Both the position numbers and the translations under genes were made by a program. The notes under the pieces are model-generated. The model had not been told where the DNA came from, made no database searches, and saw only the letters and a list, made by a program, of their open reading frames with translations. A DNA stretch of 62,911 nucleotides, counting the filler, from Saprolegnia diclina VS20 (taxonomy: Eukaryota): assembly GCF_000281045.1 (NCBI RefSeq). It is 5 parts of 2 records of this genome, joined end to end, with 100 filler letters (N's around TTAATTAATTAA, not from the genome) between each part and the next. Parts side by side here need not be neighbours in the genome. Positions count along the whole stretch, not along the records: positions 24,520 to 39,161 come from NW_008246141.1; positions 39,262 to 51,185 come from NW_008246141.1; 3 more parts are not named here. The stretch is one strand, 5' to 3'. Numbering within the stretch: the first letter of the stretch is position 1; the number at the start of each line of letters is the position of its first letter. Positions 32,321 to 43,572 of this stretch are shown here, piece by piece.

Positions 32321-35300
32321 TCAATCTCGTAGCGGAAGGGTATAGCGAAAGCGACGACCAGAGACAACAATGTCTTCGCAAGTTCGCACCCGACGATCGC
32401 TCGCGACCTCAAGCTTGTGGACGCACCACGTCTTGACGTCAAAGACGATCCACCGATTTTGATACCGGACACTCAGTAGCCCATTGAGAACGGCCGACGC
32501 GCGGTCCAAAAAGTACGTTCCATCCTCGTCCAGCCAGCCGTCGTGACTAAAGAGGTACTTGGCCCCGCCACAGAGCAGCATCGACGAGCTCTGAAGTGGT
32601 TGCGGCCGCTTCCAGAGACAGCGCACCAGACCAAAGCAGACGCCGTTGCAGACTAGCACCAGACCCACCAGCGTCAAAAGTCGTTGTAGTGAACCAATCA
32701 CGACACTGCCTGCCACACACACCACTTGGTAGTCCAATGTAGCAATCTCACAAACTGGAGATACTGTGATGGTGGCCTGGACCGGCGCCAGTGTCGCCAG
32801 CAGCGCCGAGATGAGCCACATGAGCAGACTGTTGATGGTGGCGTACGCGATCGTGTGGTCTTGCGTCCAGACGAGCGAGATGTCGTTGACGATGCCAACA
32901 AGCCACGTGACTTCATTCGCTGCGAGGCACGTCGTCCAGAGCGGGACGGGTGTCGTGACAAAGTAGCTGAAGACACCGTCAGTTTGGAGCTCAATCGAGG
33001 CGGTCGAGAGAAGACAGAGAGCCGTGATACTCCGGACCACGACCAATGGTCGACCGACCCAGACAATGCCGCCGACGCGACTCATTTCAAACATGTTGAG
33101 ACCCTCGACGTGGCCACGGGCCAGAAGAATATACACAAACGTCACGGCAGCGAGCATGATCAAGACGCAAGTGATGTATCGGATGGCCTGCAACATGTAG
33201 AGAGCAAAGCCAGTTGGCAGCTGCGCCGCGTCAACAGGTTGTGATAACTGAGGCAAGGTGTCGCCCATGAGGGTTAGGGTGTTGAGGTCGCCATGGAACG
33301 AGATGACTTCTCGGTTGCCGATGGCCCAATCATACAAGAAGAGCCACGCAAAGTAGTCAAATGCTGGGTCTGATGGGTCGAGCACTGGAAGATGGTAGAG
33401 TTCGATTGAAGCGTTGGCGTCTTTGCTGTGGCCAAATTGACTCCACTCGACGCGTAGACCATGGATTGCAGCGTAGAGTGATTGACGCGCATCGGGTAGC
33501 ACTGGGAGCAGATTCACAAAAGCCAACGCCGACGAAAGTGCACGGGAACATTTTGACCCGTAGTCAAGTACATTGAGCTTGCAGATTGCCGAGAAGTTGG
33601 TGGTCGTCGAGAGGTTGGCGGTGTACACTGCAAACACATTTTGTGTGTGGGAGGGTACCAGCGTCCCCCCAGGCCGATAGAAAGAGCAGGTGCCATCAAA
33701 CACGTCCAATCCAAAGAGCGAGGCAATGCCGTTCAAACCGAGCACAGACTGGTCGGGACACAGAACCGAGCCGAGAAGAGCTCGTCGATCTTTCCACTTT
33801 TGTGGCTTCGCAGCCACTCCATCGGGCATCGCAGTTGCTTCATACTGCACTGGATTGAGGAGCCGGACTTTCGTCACCGCCGTGCTGAAGCCAGATATCA
33901 CCTCTTGCAAGACCGACGGGACGCTGACGTAGACCATGTCGATCGATCCAAATGGCCCAAGATACGACGACATCAGCTTATAGTTGGCACTCCACGGCCA
34001 AGGTGGCAACACCGTTTCAGTCACCAGAATATCTTGTAGTGATGCATTTTGAAAAGCAAATCGACTGCTGGACCGGAGGAGACTCTTGCCACCCATGGTC
34101 GATGTGTTTTTGAGGAGACTGCCGAGATCGTTGGCGAGCGACCAGTACATTTTGAACGATGTCTGGCTCTCCTTACGATAGTAACCCGCGGTGGACTGCA
34201 GCAAGAAGGGATACACGACGCCATACGCATTGAAAATATTGTACGAGTGGAGAAGACCGATCGACTTGTAGTTTTGCCACTGCAGCACGTACGACGAGAT
34301 ATTCTTTGATGTCCAATAAGACACTTCGTCGTCGATCGAGAGGTACGGAGGCGTAAATGAAGCCAACAAAGCTTGTCCTGCCGTAGATTCACGCAACTCG
34401 GAGCCAAACCCAATCTCAAATTCTTCGCTCCAGCACGTTGAGATTTCGAGATTCCGAAGCAGAGAAGCGAGAAAGACGGCGCCGTTGTTGACCATCGACT
34501 TGCATCGCTCTTGGCGCTTGGCCGAGTTGGCCATTTCCCATTTTTGATCAAAGTCGAGGTAGCAATACTGCGTAAAGACCCACGGACCGTCACAGCCATC
34601 CAAAGTACGGAGGCTCGAGATCGCGTCGTGAAGAGTGGTTAGGGTGGAGTACTGGACTCTGGCGCCTTGCTGGATGGGAAAGGCGACGGACGCTTGCGAC
34701 AGGTTGAACAGCTCGAGAGCGTTGATGCTGTTGGTGTTGGTGAGTGCTATCGGCGACCCAACTGCGCCGAGCATACGCAACGGCTCGTTGAACCAGTTGG
34801 CGAGAAAGCTGTGTGACCCCGTCATGTTGAAGGTGGGCCAGATCAAGTCGTTGGTCAAGATCCCTTGGGTAAGTCCGAGGTACGAGACACTGCTGTAGAT
34901 AGCGGCAGCCACGTATATCGTGCCCGCCACAACCCATGCCCGCGGAACCCATCGATTTGACTTTTTGTGTGCTGGCTTCCGTCCGATTGTTCCGACCATT
35001 TCCGCCGTCGGAGATGTATCGAGGAGGCGCCAGAGCTTGAGGTCAAACGACGATGACCGACGAAGAGGGATAAGACCTGATGCCAGTTGCTCAATCGTAT
35101 CGAGCTGAGGACGCGGAGTGAAAAAGACTTGACCCACAAGAGAGAGTCTCGCATCTGTGTACTGGGATCTGGCTTCACGACGTCCACAGCCAAGGCCATT
35201 CCAGAGCCAGAGACATGGCAAAAGAAGAATCTGAAGCACACTCAAAAGCAGCAGCCGCTGTCCGTCACCTGTCTCTATGACGACGCTTGCGCAGCGCATG

Positions 35301-37522
35301 ATGTCGTACGCCTCGACGATGACACACTCTCGGTTGACAGTCGCTGTCACCGAGATGGGCCAGCCAACGTCCATGAGCACCGTAGATAGCCACGTCAACG
35401 ACGTGCCGAATGTCCCCAAAATCCGAGCCTGTTGTGGCCGCAGCGGCAGCAGCAGCTCGTGAACCACGTAGCTCACCCACGTCGCCTCCCACGCAATGAC
35501 GCACGTCTCCCAGATCGGACGTCGTGGCAGCGCCAACTGAGCAAACACATTGAAAGGCTGTAAGAGGCCAATGGGTGCCGAGCTCAGAAGCACGATCGCA
35601 CTGCTTCCGCGCAGCAAAAGCAATGGCCGCCCGAGCCACGTCGAGCCAGCGACACGGTTGAAGACCCAGAAGTTGCTGCCCAAGACACCGTGCCGCAAGA
35701 CCAACGACGCGACGAGCGTGGAGATGGCAAGCGCGCCAAGCACACAGGCCGAGTACAAGATGAGGTAGTAGAGCCCAATCGACGACGTCCCGAGCGTCGC
35801 GCTGTTGGGAGTTGTCGACGATATGTCGTAGGCGTCCGAGATCAAGACAAGCGTTCCGTTGTCGCCTTCATACGAGACGACTTCACGAACGCCAGCGACC
35901 CAATCCAAGAGAAGCACCCATCCGTAAAAGGTGAAAGGTGGCTCGAGTAGTGGCTGGACTAGCATTCGAACGTCGGTTTGAGCTGGATCCGAGGCAAACT
36001 GCATAAGACTAATGTTGAGCGACGCCACGGCTGTGGTTGCGTTCTGAAGCAAAACCGGGTCGATCTGTCGGTGCGGCAAGAGCTTTTGCGCGGCGAGTAG
36101 CGTCTCGGGACAGACTCGGCGCGACTGCTGCGCGCAAATCGCGTCGATCGAGTCGTGGACCAAAGACATCGCGATGACAAGAGATGGCCGCGGTATCGCC
36201 ACCGTCCATTCGGACTGCGTGGAGCAGTCGTCGGTCGATGTAAACGGCGGTTGCACATACGTCTGTGGTGCGCCATACAGGCAAAAAGGACTCCCGCCGT
36301 AAAATACGAGGTCCGTCGACCACGCGGGCGGCACTAGCGTCACGCGCAAGTCCGTTTCGAGAGTCGAGTACATGTCTGCGGTCGATGCGTTCCAGGCGCC
36401 GTACAGCGCGGTGACGCGGTCGGCTCTCAGAGAAACGAGAGACTCTGGTATGGGCACGACGTGGAGATCGCTTGAAAGGAGTGGCCCAAGGGCGTCGCGA
36501 ATCATACCAATCGGGCGGAAGAACGGACTCATTTGGAGAAGCGACTCGAGAAACGACTCGAACGAGACGGGTACGCGGCCGTCGCACAATGTGTTGAGGA
36601 CGTAGTGTGGCGCGCCACGAAGAAGACTCGCGTTGCAGCCACTGACAAGGCGAATATCATCGAGAAGTGAGGGACTGAAGAGCGACATCACCCACGGCCC
36701 ATTGGTTCTGACAACACTCTTGAGCACAACTGAAGTCTGGAGGCCAAGAGCATTGACCAGCGTCGCCGTCTCGACGAGTCCCGGCCGCTTGATGTTTTGC
36801 CACTGATACGAATAGCTGTCAATACCATGCGATCGCCAGACAGTGGCTTCGTCCTGTACCGAGGTGGTCACGGCAGCGACAGCGTCGAGCCAGCGAGCGC
36901 CCATCGCTGAGGCTTCGAGGCCGCTCTCAATGGCAAACCAGAAATTGGTCGAGATCGCAGATGCTGCGACAGCCGCTTTCCAGTTGGTGTTGCGCAAGAG
37001 AGACTCGAGGTACACTGCGCCATTTGCAGCGTACTGACGATGACAGCGCGCTTGACGAGCGTCCGTGTGGGCGAGCTCGAACGATTGGTTAAAGTCGACC
37101 CAGCAGTACTGCGTTGGCAGTTGAAACAGCTGGGCATTCTCCGACAAGTTGCGCAGACTAGTGATGGCAAACTCGAGCGCTGTGAGCTTGGTCGTGAGCA
37201 GCGCCATCGCGTACGTCGGGTGCACAATAGCGCTGGTCAAGAGACTGTCGTAGTGTCCCTCGAGCGCCACAGACTGCAAGTCGACTGAGGAGGTATCCGG
37301 CGTCGTCTCCAATAGCGTATTCAGTAGATCGATGAGGAAGGTTTGGTACCCAGATGCGTTGTAGTACGGCCAAAGAAGGTCGTTGGCGAGCGGCGGCTGC
37401 AGCAGCCGTAGGTAGCAGACACTTGCAGCCAGCGTGGCGCTGAGCCAGAGACCACCGAGCAGCAGCGACGACCAATGCCATCGACCACGTGGGTTGGCGG
37501 ACACCGTCGGCTGGACTCGCAT
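32321..37522 (-). CDS. 1733-aa oomycete-type multi-pass membrane protein built from two homologous units; intronless; function unknown
   Basis: Each half has ND(L)xWP..N.[ST]G..[ST]FL, TQYC[WY].DF...E[LM]A....RQ.RC....NGAV[YF]L.SLLRN, Y..QWQN.K..GL, [FY].W..L.DW..G.REV.S[YF].GD, R.V.G..W.GRPL...R...A..LLS and FD.K.W, with about 6 hydrophobic segments. Confidence 0.9.
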   Translation of the reverse strand: MRVQPTVSANPRGRWHWSSLLLGGLWLSATLAASVCYLRLLQPPLANDLLWPYYNASGYQTFLIDLLNTLLETTPDTSSVDLQSVALEGHYDSLLTSAIVHPTYAMALLTTKLTALEFAITSLRNLSENAQLFQLPTQYCWVDFNQSFELAHTDARQARCHRQYAANGAVYLESLLRNTNWKAAVAASAISTNFWFAIESGLEASAMGARWLDAVAAVTTSVQDEATVWRSHGIDSYSYQWQNIKRPGLVETATLVNALGLQTSVVLKSVVRTNGPWVMSLFSPSLLDDIRLVSGCNASLLRGAPHYVLNTLCDGRVPVSFESFLESLLQMSPFFRPIGMIRDALGPLLSSDLHVVPIPESLVSLRADRVTALYGAWNASTADMYSTLETDLRVTLVPPAWSTDLVFYGGSPFCLYGAPQTYVQPPFTSTDDCSTQSEWTVAIPRPSLVIAMSLVHDSIDAICAQQSRRVCPETLLAAQKLLPHRQIDPVLLQNATTAVASLNISLMQFASDPAQTDVRMLVQPLLEPPFTFYGWVLLLDWVAGVREVVSYEGDNGTLVLISDAYDISSTTPNSATLGTSSIGLYYLILYSACVLGALAISTLVASLVLRHGVLGSNFWVFNRVAGSTWLGRPLLLLRGSSAIVLLSSAPIGLLQPFNVFAQLALPRRPIWETCVIAWEATWVSYVVHELLLPLRPQQARILGTFGTSLTWLSTVLMDVGWPISVTATVNRECVIVEAYDIMRCASVVIETGDGQRLLLLSVLQILLLPCLWLWNGLGCGRREARSQYTDARLSLVGQVFFTPRPQLDTIEQLASGLIPLRRSSSFDLKLWRLLDTSPTAEMVGTIGRKPAHKKSNRWVPRAWVVAGTIYVAAAIYSSVSYLGLTQGILTNDLIWPTFNMTGSHSFLANWFNEPLRMLGAVGSPIALTNTNSINALELFNLSQASVAFPIQQGARVQYSTLTTLHDAISSLRTLDGCDGPWVFTQYCYLDFDQKWEMANSAKRQERCKSMVNNGAVFLASLLRNLEISTCWSEEFEIGFGSELRESTAGQALLASFTPPYLSIDDEVSYWTSKNISSYVLQWQNYKSIGLLHSYNIFNAYGVVYPFLLQSTAGYYRKESQTSFKMYWSLANDLGSLLKNTSTMGGKSLLRSSSRFAFQNASLQDILVTETVLPPWPWSANYKLMSSYLGPFGSIDMVYVSVPSVLQEVISGFSTAVTKVRLLNPVQYEATAMPDGVAAKPQKWKDRRALLGSVLCPDQSVLGLNGIASLFGLDVFDGTCSFYRPGGTLVPSHTQNVFAVYTANLSTTTNFSAICKLNVLDYGSKCSRALSSALAFVNLLPVLPDARQSLYAAIHGLRVEWSQFGHSKDANASIELYHLPVLDPSDPAFDYFAWLFLYDWAIGNREVISFHGDLNTLTLMGDTLPQLSQPVDAAQLPTGFALYMLQAIRYITCVLIMLAAVTFVYILLARGHVEGLNMFEMSRVGGIVWVGRPLVVVRSITALCLLSTASIELQTDGVFSYFVTTPVPLWTTCLAANEVTWLVGIVNDISLVWTQDHTIAYATINSLLMWLISALLATLAPVQATITVSPVCEIATLDYQVVCVAGSVVIGSLQRLLTLVGLVLVCNGVCFGLVRCLWKRPQPLQSSSMLLCGGAKYLFSHDGWLDEDGTYFLDRASAVLNGLLSVRYQNRWIVFDVKTWCVHKLEVASDRRVRTCEDIVVSGRRFRYTLPLRD

Positions 37523-38283
37523 TGCGTTGGTTTTAGTACAATGGTTTCAAGAATAACTGTCCGGTGCCCATACAAGGAAGGATCTTCTCGGATAGAACAA
37601 CATCAGCGCCCTTTGTGCGAAGATGTGGGGAGCACATAGGCACGCACATTGCGTGCCTATGCAGAGCACACAAGAGCGGCACGCGCAACAACTCGATCCC
37701 TGTACTAGGTTCCTGCGGAATGGGCTGGCAGGTAACCTCTTGTTGAGAGGAAGTGAAAGTAATGGTCATAACTTCCATGAGTTATGTGGGAGCAAGAACT
37801 CTTGCAGTACCGGTAACCATAGGTTCCTACCAGTATTAATATATGTTCTTCCGCTTCCGCCTCAAGCCAGGTGCTACAAAATGTGGTACTTCCAGGCGCA
37901 GCAAGGAAGTTGAGTTTTTCCCGTCCGGAAAGCGAAGAGTCGACAGTAGGCCAGATAGTCATTTTGCATTTAGCCTTGTTGATTCCAACCCGCCACGCCA
38001 CTCCCAATGGCTAGCGGGCAATCAATTCGTCTATTGCCCCACTCGAGCGTCGTACAAGGCGAAAGTCTACATTTGGTGGTTTGGGGCAGAAGCGGTAGGA
38101 GTGGCAAGTCTCATCAGGTACGCGTCGGGTGTGCCGGTGTTGTCTCGAAAGAGCTTCTCCTGCCTTTTCCTTTCAACCCACGAGAGCGGGAGGCCAACGG
38201 GACCTACGGCTTGTTGACGGGTTTGTCCCGCATATCGGGAAGAGACCACCGGATAACGCGGCGCGCGTTTGATCTCATCCACG

Positions 38284-38830
38284 ATGGCTGCTGCCAATTT
38301 ACAGCACTTGCTAGCCCAGCTGACCCAGGCCATGAACCTCCAACAACAAGCCATCAATACGCACTGCGCATGCCAGAGCACAGCGGCGAGATGGACGAGA
38401 GCGTCAGTTTGTATATACACCGCGTCAACACATGTACTTCCACGCCAAGGACATCACGCCGACACTCGACGCGGAGACAGAGACGCGGTGCTTGGCAATG
38501 ATGCACGCCAACTTGCAAGGTAATGCCGCGACGTGGCTTCTCGAACGGGCGTCGACGGGCACGGTGCCGACGACCCTGCGCGAGTTTGAGTTGGCTCTCC
38601 GCGGCGAGTTTGAGCCGCCGGATCGTAAAGAACGGCTCCACGACCAGCTCTACAACAACACACATACGTCGTGCGGTGGGCTACTCGCTTACATTAGCAA
38701 GTACCGTGGGATCATCAGCCAAGTCACGGACATGTCGGAGCTCGACAAGATCACGCTATTCGCGGGCTCGACGTACGGACACGCGAGGCCGTTAGTACCG
38801 CTGCCCGGGCTCCAGAACGGGCGCATCTAA
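38284..38830 (+). mobile_element. Ty3/gypsy-type LTR-retrotransposon gag remnant (frameshifted, no pol)
   Basis: Capsid-like YFHAKDI..RCLAMMHANLQGNAATW..TLREFELALRGEFEPPD.KERLHDQL..YISKYRGIISQVTDMSELDKITLF, spread over three frames. Confidence 0.75.
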
Positions 38831-39041
38831 TGTGCGCTCGAGTTTGAACGCGCGCATTGGATGGCTAATCAATATGACAATTCGCAGCCAACGATTCTTT
38901 CCTATTTTCGCGTCGGATATGCTTTTACGTACACAAATCACTCGAATAAAAGCAATATATTCCACGCGGATAGAAGCGCCATGGCTGTCGCATCTATCGA
39001 GGGTGTCGTGCACGGTCGCCAGTCCCCTTGCGGTGATTAAA

Positions 39042-39161
39042 TCAATTGTCTCGTAGCGGAAGGGTAGAGCGAAAGAGATGACCAGAGACAACAATATCTT
39101 CGCAAATCTGCGCCCGACGATGACTCGCGACCTCAAGCTTGTGGACGCACCACGTCTTGAC
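39042..39161 (-). CDS. C-terminal 39 codons of a second paralogue of the 1733-aa membrane protein
   Basis: VKTWCVHKLEVASHRRAQICEDIVVSGHLFRSTLPLRDN* aligns with the end of 32321-37522. Confidence 0.85.
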   Translation of the reverse strand, partial: VKTWCVHKLEVASHRRAQICEDIVVSGHLFRSTLPLRDN

Positions 39162-39261
39162 NNNNNNNNNNNNNNNNNNNNNNNNNNNNNNNNNNNNNNN
39201 NNNNNTTAATTAATTAANNNNNNNNNNNNNNNNNNNNNNNNNNNNNNNNNNNNNNNNNNNN
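39162..39261. other. Artificial contig linker N44-TTAATTAATTAA-N44
   Basis: Same 100-bp structure. Confidence 0.97.
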
Positions 39262-40877
39262 GCACGAGTTACTCTTGCCATTGCAGAGCCACCGCGCGCG
39301 GTCGATCGGGCTTGTTGGGACGTCGCTGACGTGGCTATTCCTGGTGATCATGGACGTTGGCTGGCCCGTCTCTGTGACAGCAACGATCGATCGCAAGTGT
39401 ACCATTAGCAACAGTTACTACAACGTCCGATGCAACAGCGTCACATTGCTGACAGGCGAGCTATCGCGGCTCCGAGTCATTGGACTGCTCCAGTGTTTGA
39501 TCGTCCCGTCGCTGTGGTTTTTGGATTACATTGCGGCTCGTCCCACGTCTCGAAAGACCAAGCAAGATCGCACAAGTTCGATGCTCTCGGTCGTCGGACA
39601 AGCGTTTTTGGACCGAGATTCTGAACTCGATTTGGTCGGCCGACTCGCATCTGGTCTCATTCCGCTTCGTGGATCTATGTGGTTTGATCTCAAGCTCTGG
39701 CGCCTCCACTTTGCGTCTCCAACAGCAGCGATGGTCGCGCCCATCGAGCCCGATCCATCGGTGATACGGACGCGCTGGGGGCCGCGGGTCTGGGTTATCA
39801 TTGGCACTGTCTACGTCGCTGCAGCGATCTACAGCAGTGTCTCGTACCTCGGACTCGCCCAAGGGATCTTGACCAACGACTTGATCTGGCCCGCCTTCAA
39901 CATGACGGGGTCGCACAGCTTTCTCGCCAACTGGTTCAACGAGCCGGCGCATGTACAGGGTGCTGAAACGTCGGCGATAGCACTCACCAACCACCAGCAA
40001 ATCAACGCTCTCGAGCTGTTCAACCTCTCGCAAGCGTCCGTCGCGTTTCCCATCCAGCAAGGCGCGAGGGTCCAGTACTCAACCCTGACCACACTCTCGG
40101 ATACGATCTCAGGGCTTCGAGATGTTCAAAGCTGTGACGGTCCGTGGGTTTTCACGCAGTATTGCTACCTCGACTTGGATCAAAAGTGGGAAATGGCCAA
40201 CTCGATCAAGCGCCAAGAGCGATGCCAGTCGATGGTCAGTAACGGCGCCGTCTTTCTCGCTTCTCTGCTCCGAAATGTTGATATATCAACGTGCTGGAGT
40301 GAGTCGTTTGAGATTGGGTTTGCGTCCGAGTTGCGTGAATCCAAGGCAGGCCAAGCTTTATTGGCTTCATTTAGCCCACCGTACCTCTCGATCGACGACG
40401 AAGTGTCTTATTGGACGTCGAGAAGTGTCTCGTCGTACGTGCTGCAGTGGCAAAACTACAAGTCAATCGGTCTCGTCAACTCGTACAACATTGTCAATGC
40501 CTACGGCATCTCGTATCCTTTCACGCTGCAGTCGACTGCGGGCTACCGCCGTTTGGGGAGCCAGACGTCGTTCAAAATGTACTGGTCTCTGGCCAACGAC
40601 CTCGGCACTCTCGTCAAGAACACATCGATCATGGGGGGCAAGAGTCTTCTTCGGTCGAGCAGTCGATTTGCCTATCGCAATGCGTCGATTCAAGATGTGC
40701 TGGTGACGGAGAAGATGCTTCCAGCACTTCCGTGGAGTGCCAACTCCATTCTTTTGACATCGTACCTCGGGCCGTTTGGGTCCATCGACACGGTCTACGT
40801 CAGTCCACCGCGTGTGCTACAGGAGGCCATCGCCGCGTTTGGCACTGCGGTGGCTGGCGCGAGGGTGCTAAATGCTT
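39262..40877 (+). CDS. Middle portion of the second multi-TM paralogue, on a contig that appears flipped
   Basis: HELLLPL..GTSLTW..AAAIYSSVSYLGL.QGILTNDLIWP..TQYCYLD.. aligns with the middle of the 1733-aa protein; no start of its own. Confidence 0.85.
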
Positions 40878-41351
40878 TCCACGCGCCCCCCCTTTCTTGC
40901 CACATTTAACATCGGTTCGCGAGGGTGCTAAATGCTTCNNNNNNNNNNNNNNNNNNNNNNNNNNNNNNNNNNNNNNNNNNNNNNNNNNNNNNNNNNNNNN
41001 NNNNNNNNNNNNNNNNNNNNNNNNNNNNNNNNNNNNNNNNNNNNNNNNNNNNNNNNNNNNNNNNNNNNNNNNNNNNNNNNNNNNNNNNNNNNNNNNNNNN
41101 NNNNNNNNNNNNNNNNNNNNNNNNNNNNNNNNNNNNNNNNNNNNNNNNNNNNNNNNNNNNNNNNNNNNNNNNNNNNNNNNNNNNNNNNNNNNNNNNNNNN
41201 NNNNNNNNNNNNNNNNNNNNNNNNNNNNNNNNNNNNNNNNNNNNNNNNNNNNNNNNNNNNNNNNNNNNNNNNNNNNNNNNNNNNNNNNNNNNNNNNNNNN
41301 NNNNNNNNNNNNNNNNNGCAATGGTGTTGGGCGCGGCGGCGGTGCAACCGG

Positions 41352-43242
41352 AAAAAGTTGCTGCCCGAGACAGCGCCACGCGACATGAATGAAGCGATTA
41401 GGGTTGCGACGGCGACAGCGCCAAGCACAAGACTCGAGTACGCGATGATGTAGTAGACACCGGCCGACGCGTTGCTGAGACTGCTGCTGCTCGAACCGCT
41501 GGGCGTCGTATCGTAGGTATCCGAGATCAAGATAAGCGTCCCGTTGTCGCCCTCGAACGAAATAACTTTACGAACGCCTGCGACCCAGTCGAAAAGAAGA
41601 GCCCAGCCGTAGAATGCAAAGGACGATTGGTCCAATAACGGTTGTCGTAGCAGCGTGAAGTTGGTTTCAGTCATGTCAGAGGCAACTTGAATGACACTGA
41701 CGTCAAGCGCTCTGACAGCTGCGATGGCGTCTTGGACGAGCGTTCGATTTAGTGTGCGTAGCATGAGGGTCTGAGCTAGGCGCAGGGACGAAGTGCACGC
41801 ATTCGAGGCGGCGAGTGCGCAGATNNNNNNNNNNNNNNNNNNNNNNNNNNNNNNNNNNNNNNNNNNNNNNNNNNNNNNNNNNNNNNNNNNNNNNNNNNNN
41901 NNNNNNNNNNNNNNNNNNNNNNNNACACTGACATTGTCCAGACGGTTTGTGTCTCGCAAAAATCGACGGCTGTGAATGGCGGCAGCACAAAGGTCTGCGA
42001 TGTATCGTAGCTGCACAAGAGGCTGCCACCCCAAAAGACATATTGTCCATTCTTCCACGCTCGTGGTGTTGGCGTCACCGAGAGTGACCGAAGGTTGGTG
42101 TAAGTATTCGCAAACGAGCTGTTGAGCCCTCCGTAGAACGCCGTTGAGAGGGCACTCGTGAGGCAAACGAGAGCGGTTGGGGGAGACACAACAAGAAGAT
42201 CGATCGAGAGATAAGGTCCGAGAGCCGCACGAACCAAGCTGGATTGGGAGGCGCCAAAATAGTATTGAGCATACGAATAATCGTCAAACGACTGCGGCGG
42301 CATGCCAAAGCACGTTGTATTGAGAATGTAATTGGGCGTGTCGCGAATCAGACTCAGGTTGCACATTGTCGTCGGGTACAGATCCATGGCCAACGGCTCA
42401 TAAAAGTGGCTGGACGACCCTGGACCTAGGTCGGACTCGATGCTCTTGAGTGTCAGAGATGTCGGTATACCGAGGGCATTGACAAGCGTCGCTGTCTCGA
42501 CGAGACCCGGAAGGCGCAAGTTTTGCCACTGGTAGCAAAAGCGCTGGATCCCATGGCGCTGCCAAAACGCCACTTCGTCCGGCACCGACGTCGTTGTTGC
42601 AGCGACCGTGTCCAGCCAATGCACGCCACGCGTCGACGCCTCGAGACCACTCAAGATCGCGCTCCAAAAGAGCGTCTCGGGACCGCCGTAGCCGACAAGA
42701 AAGGCCGTCCAATCAATGTTGCGAGCCACAGCCTCCAGGTAGACGGCGCCGTTGGTACCATACTGGTGACGGCACCGGTCCTGCCGCGCCTCTGTGTGCG
42801 CGAGCTCAAACGATTTGTTAAAGTCGACCCAGCAGTATGGTGTCGGAAGCCACAAGACCATGTCGATAGATGTGTTGCGCAGACTCGTGATCGCAAAGTC
42901 GAGGGATGGGAGCTTCGTCGTCAGCAGAGCCATTGCATACGTCGGGTGTGCGATAGCGGTTGTCAGCAGACCGTCGTAGCGCGCGTCGAGCATCACCGAG
43001 CCCAAGTCAACGGTCGCCTCATCATCTGATGTCTCCAGTAGCTGGTTGAGGGCATCGATGAGGAAGGTTTGGTACCCAGACGAGTTGTAGTGCGGCCAGA
43101 AGAAGTCGTTGGCAAGCTGTGGCTGGATATGGAGAAGGTAATAGAAAGTACCTGCCAGCGTCGCACAGAGCCAGAGAGCCCCCGGGAGCCGCCACCGACT
43201 TGGCGATGGATCGAGAGACCCCGTCGTCGGCTGGATGCGCAT
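41352..43242 (-). CDS. N-terminal portion of the second multi-TM paralogue (interrupted by N gap 41825-41924)
   Basis: MRIQPTT..LANDFFWPHYNSSGYQTFLID..YCWVDFNKSFELAHTEARQDRC..FYGWALLFDWVAGVRKVISFEGDNG..GSNFF. Confidence 0.85.
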
Positions 43243-43487
43243 GTCGGCCGTTGCTGTACTTTATACATGAAACCGCTCCAAGATAGCGCGTCTGAAGCGT
43301 CGCCGAGACGACTCATTACTCATTTCCACGGTGCATCTAGGCCATACCCGAAAAGCTATCATATATATACACGACAGTATCCACCGCTTTGTACGCCTAA
43401 CGAGTACGGTACTTAGCGGCGTCAGGAATCGTATACGATCGTACTAACGTTAGTGTAGCCGTCCTTGTGTGAACCGACCACCAGCCG

Positions 43488-43488
43488 G

Positions 43489-43571
<83 letters not shown>
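43488..43571. repeat. (TG)n microsatellite, about 42 units with one interruption
   Basis: Directly visible; about 250 bp upstream of the ATG at 43242. Confidence 0.98.

Positions 43572-43572
<1 letters not shown>

Noticed and set aside
40858..40938. 20-bp direct repeats with a 40-bp spacer, CRISPR-like spacing
   Set aside because: Only two copies, at a contig end inside a coding sequence of a eukaryote, with no cas genes; probably an end artefact.
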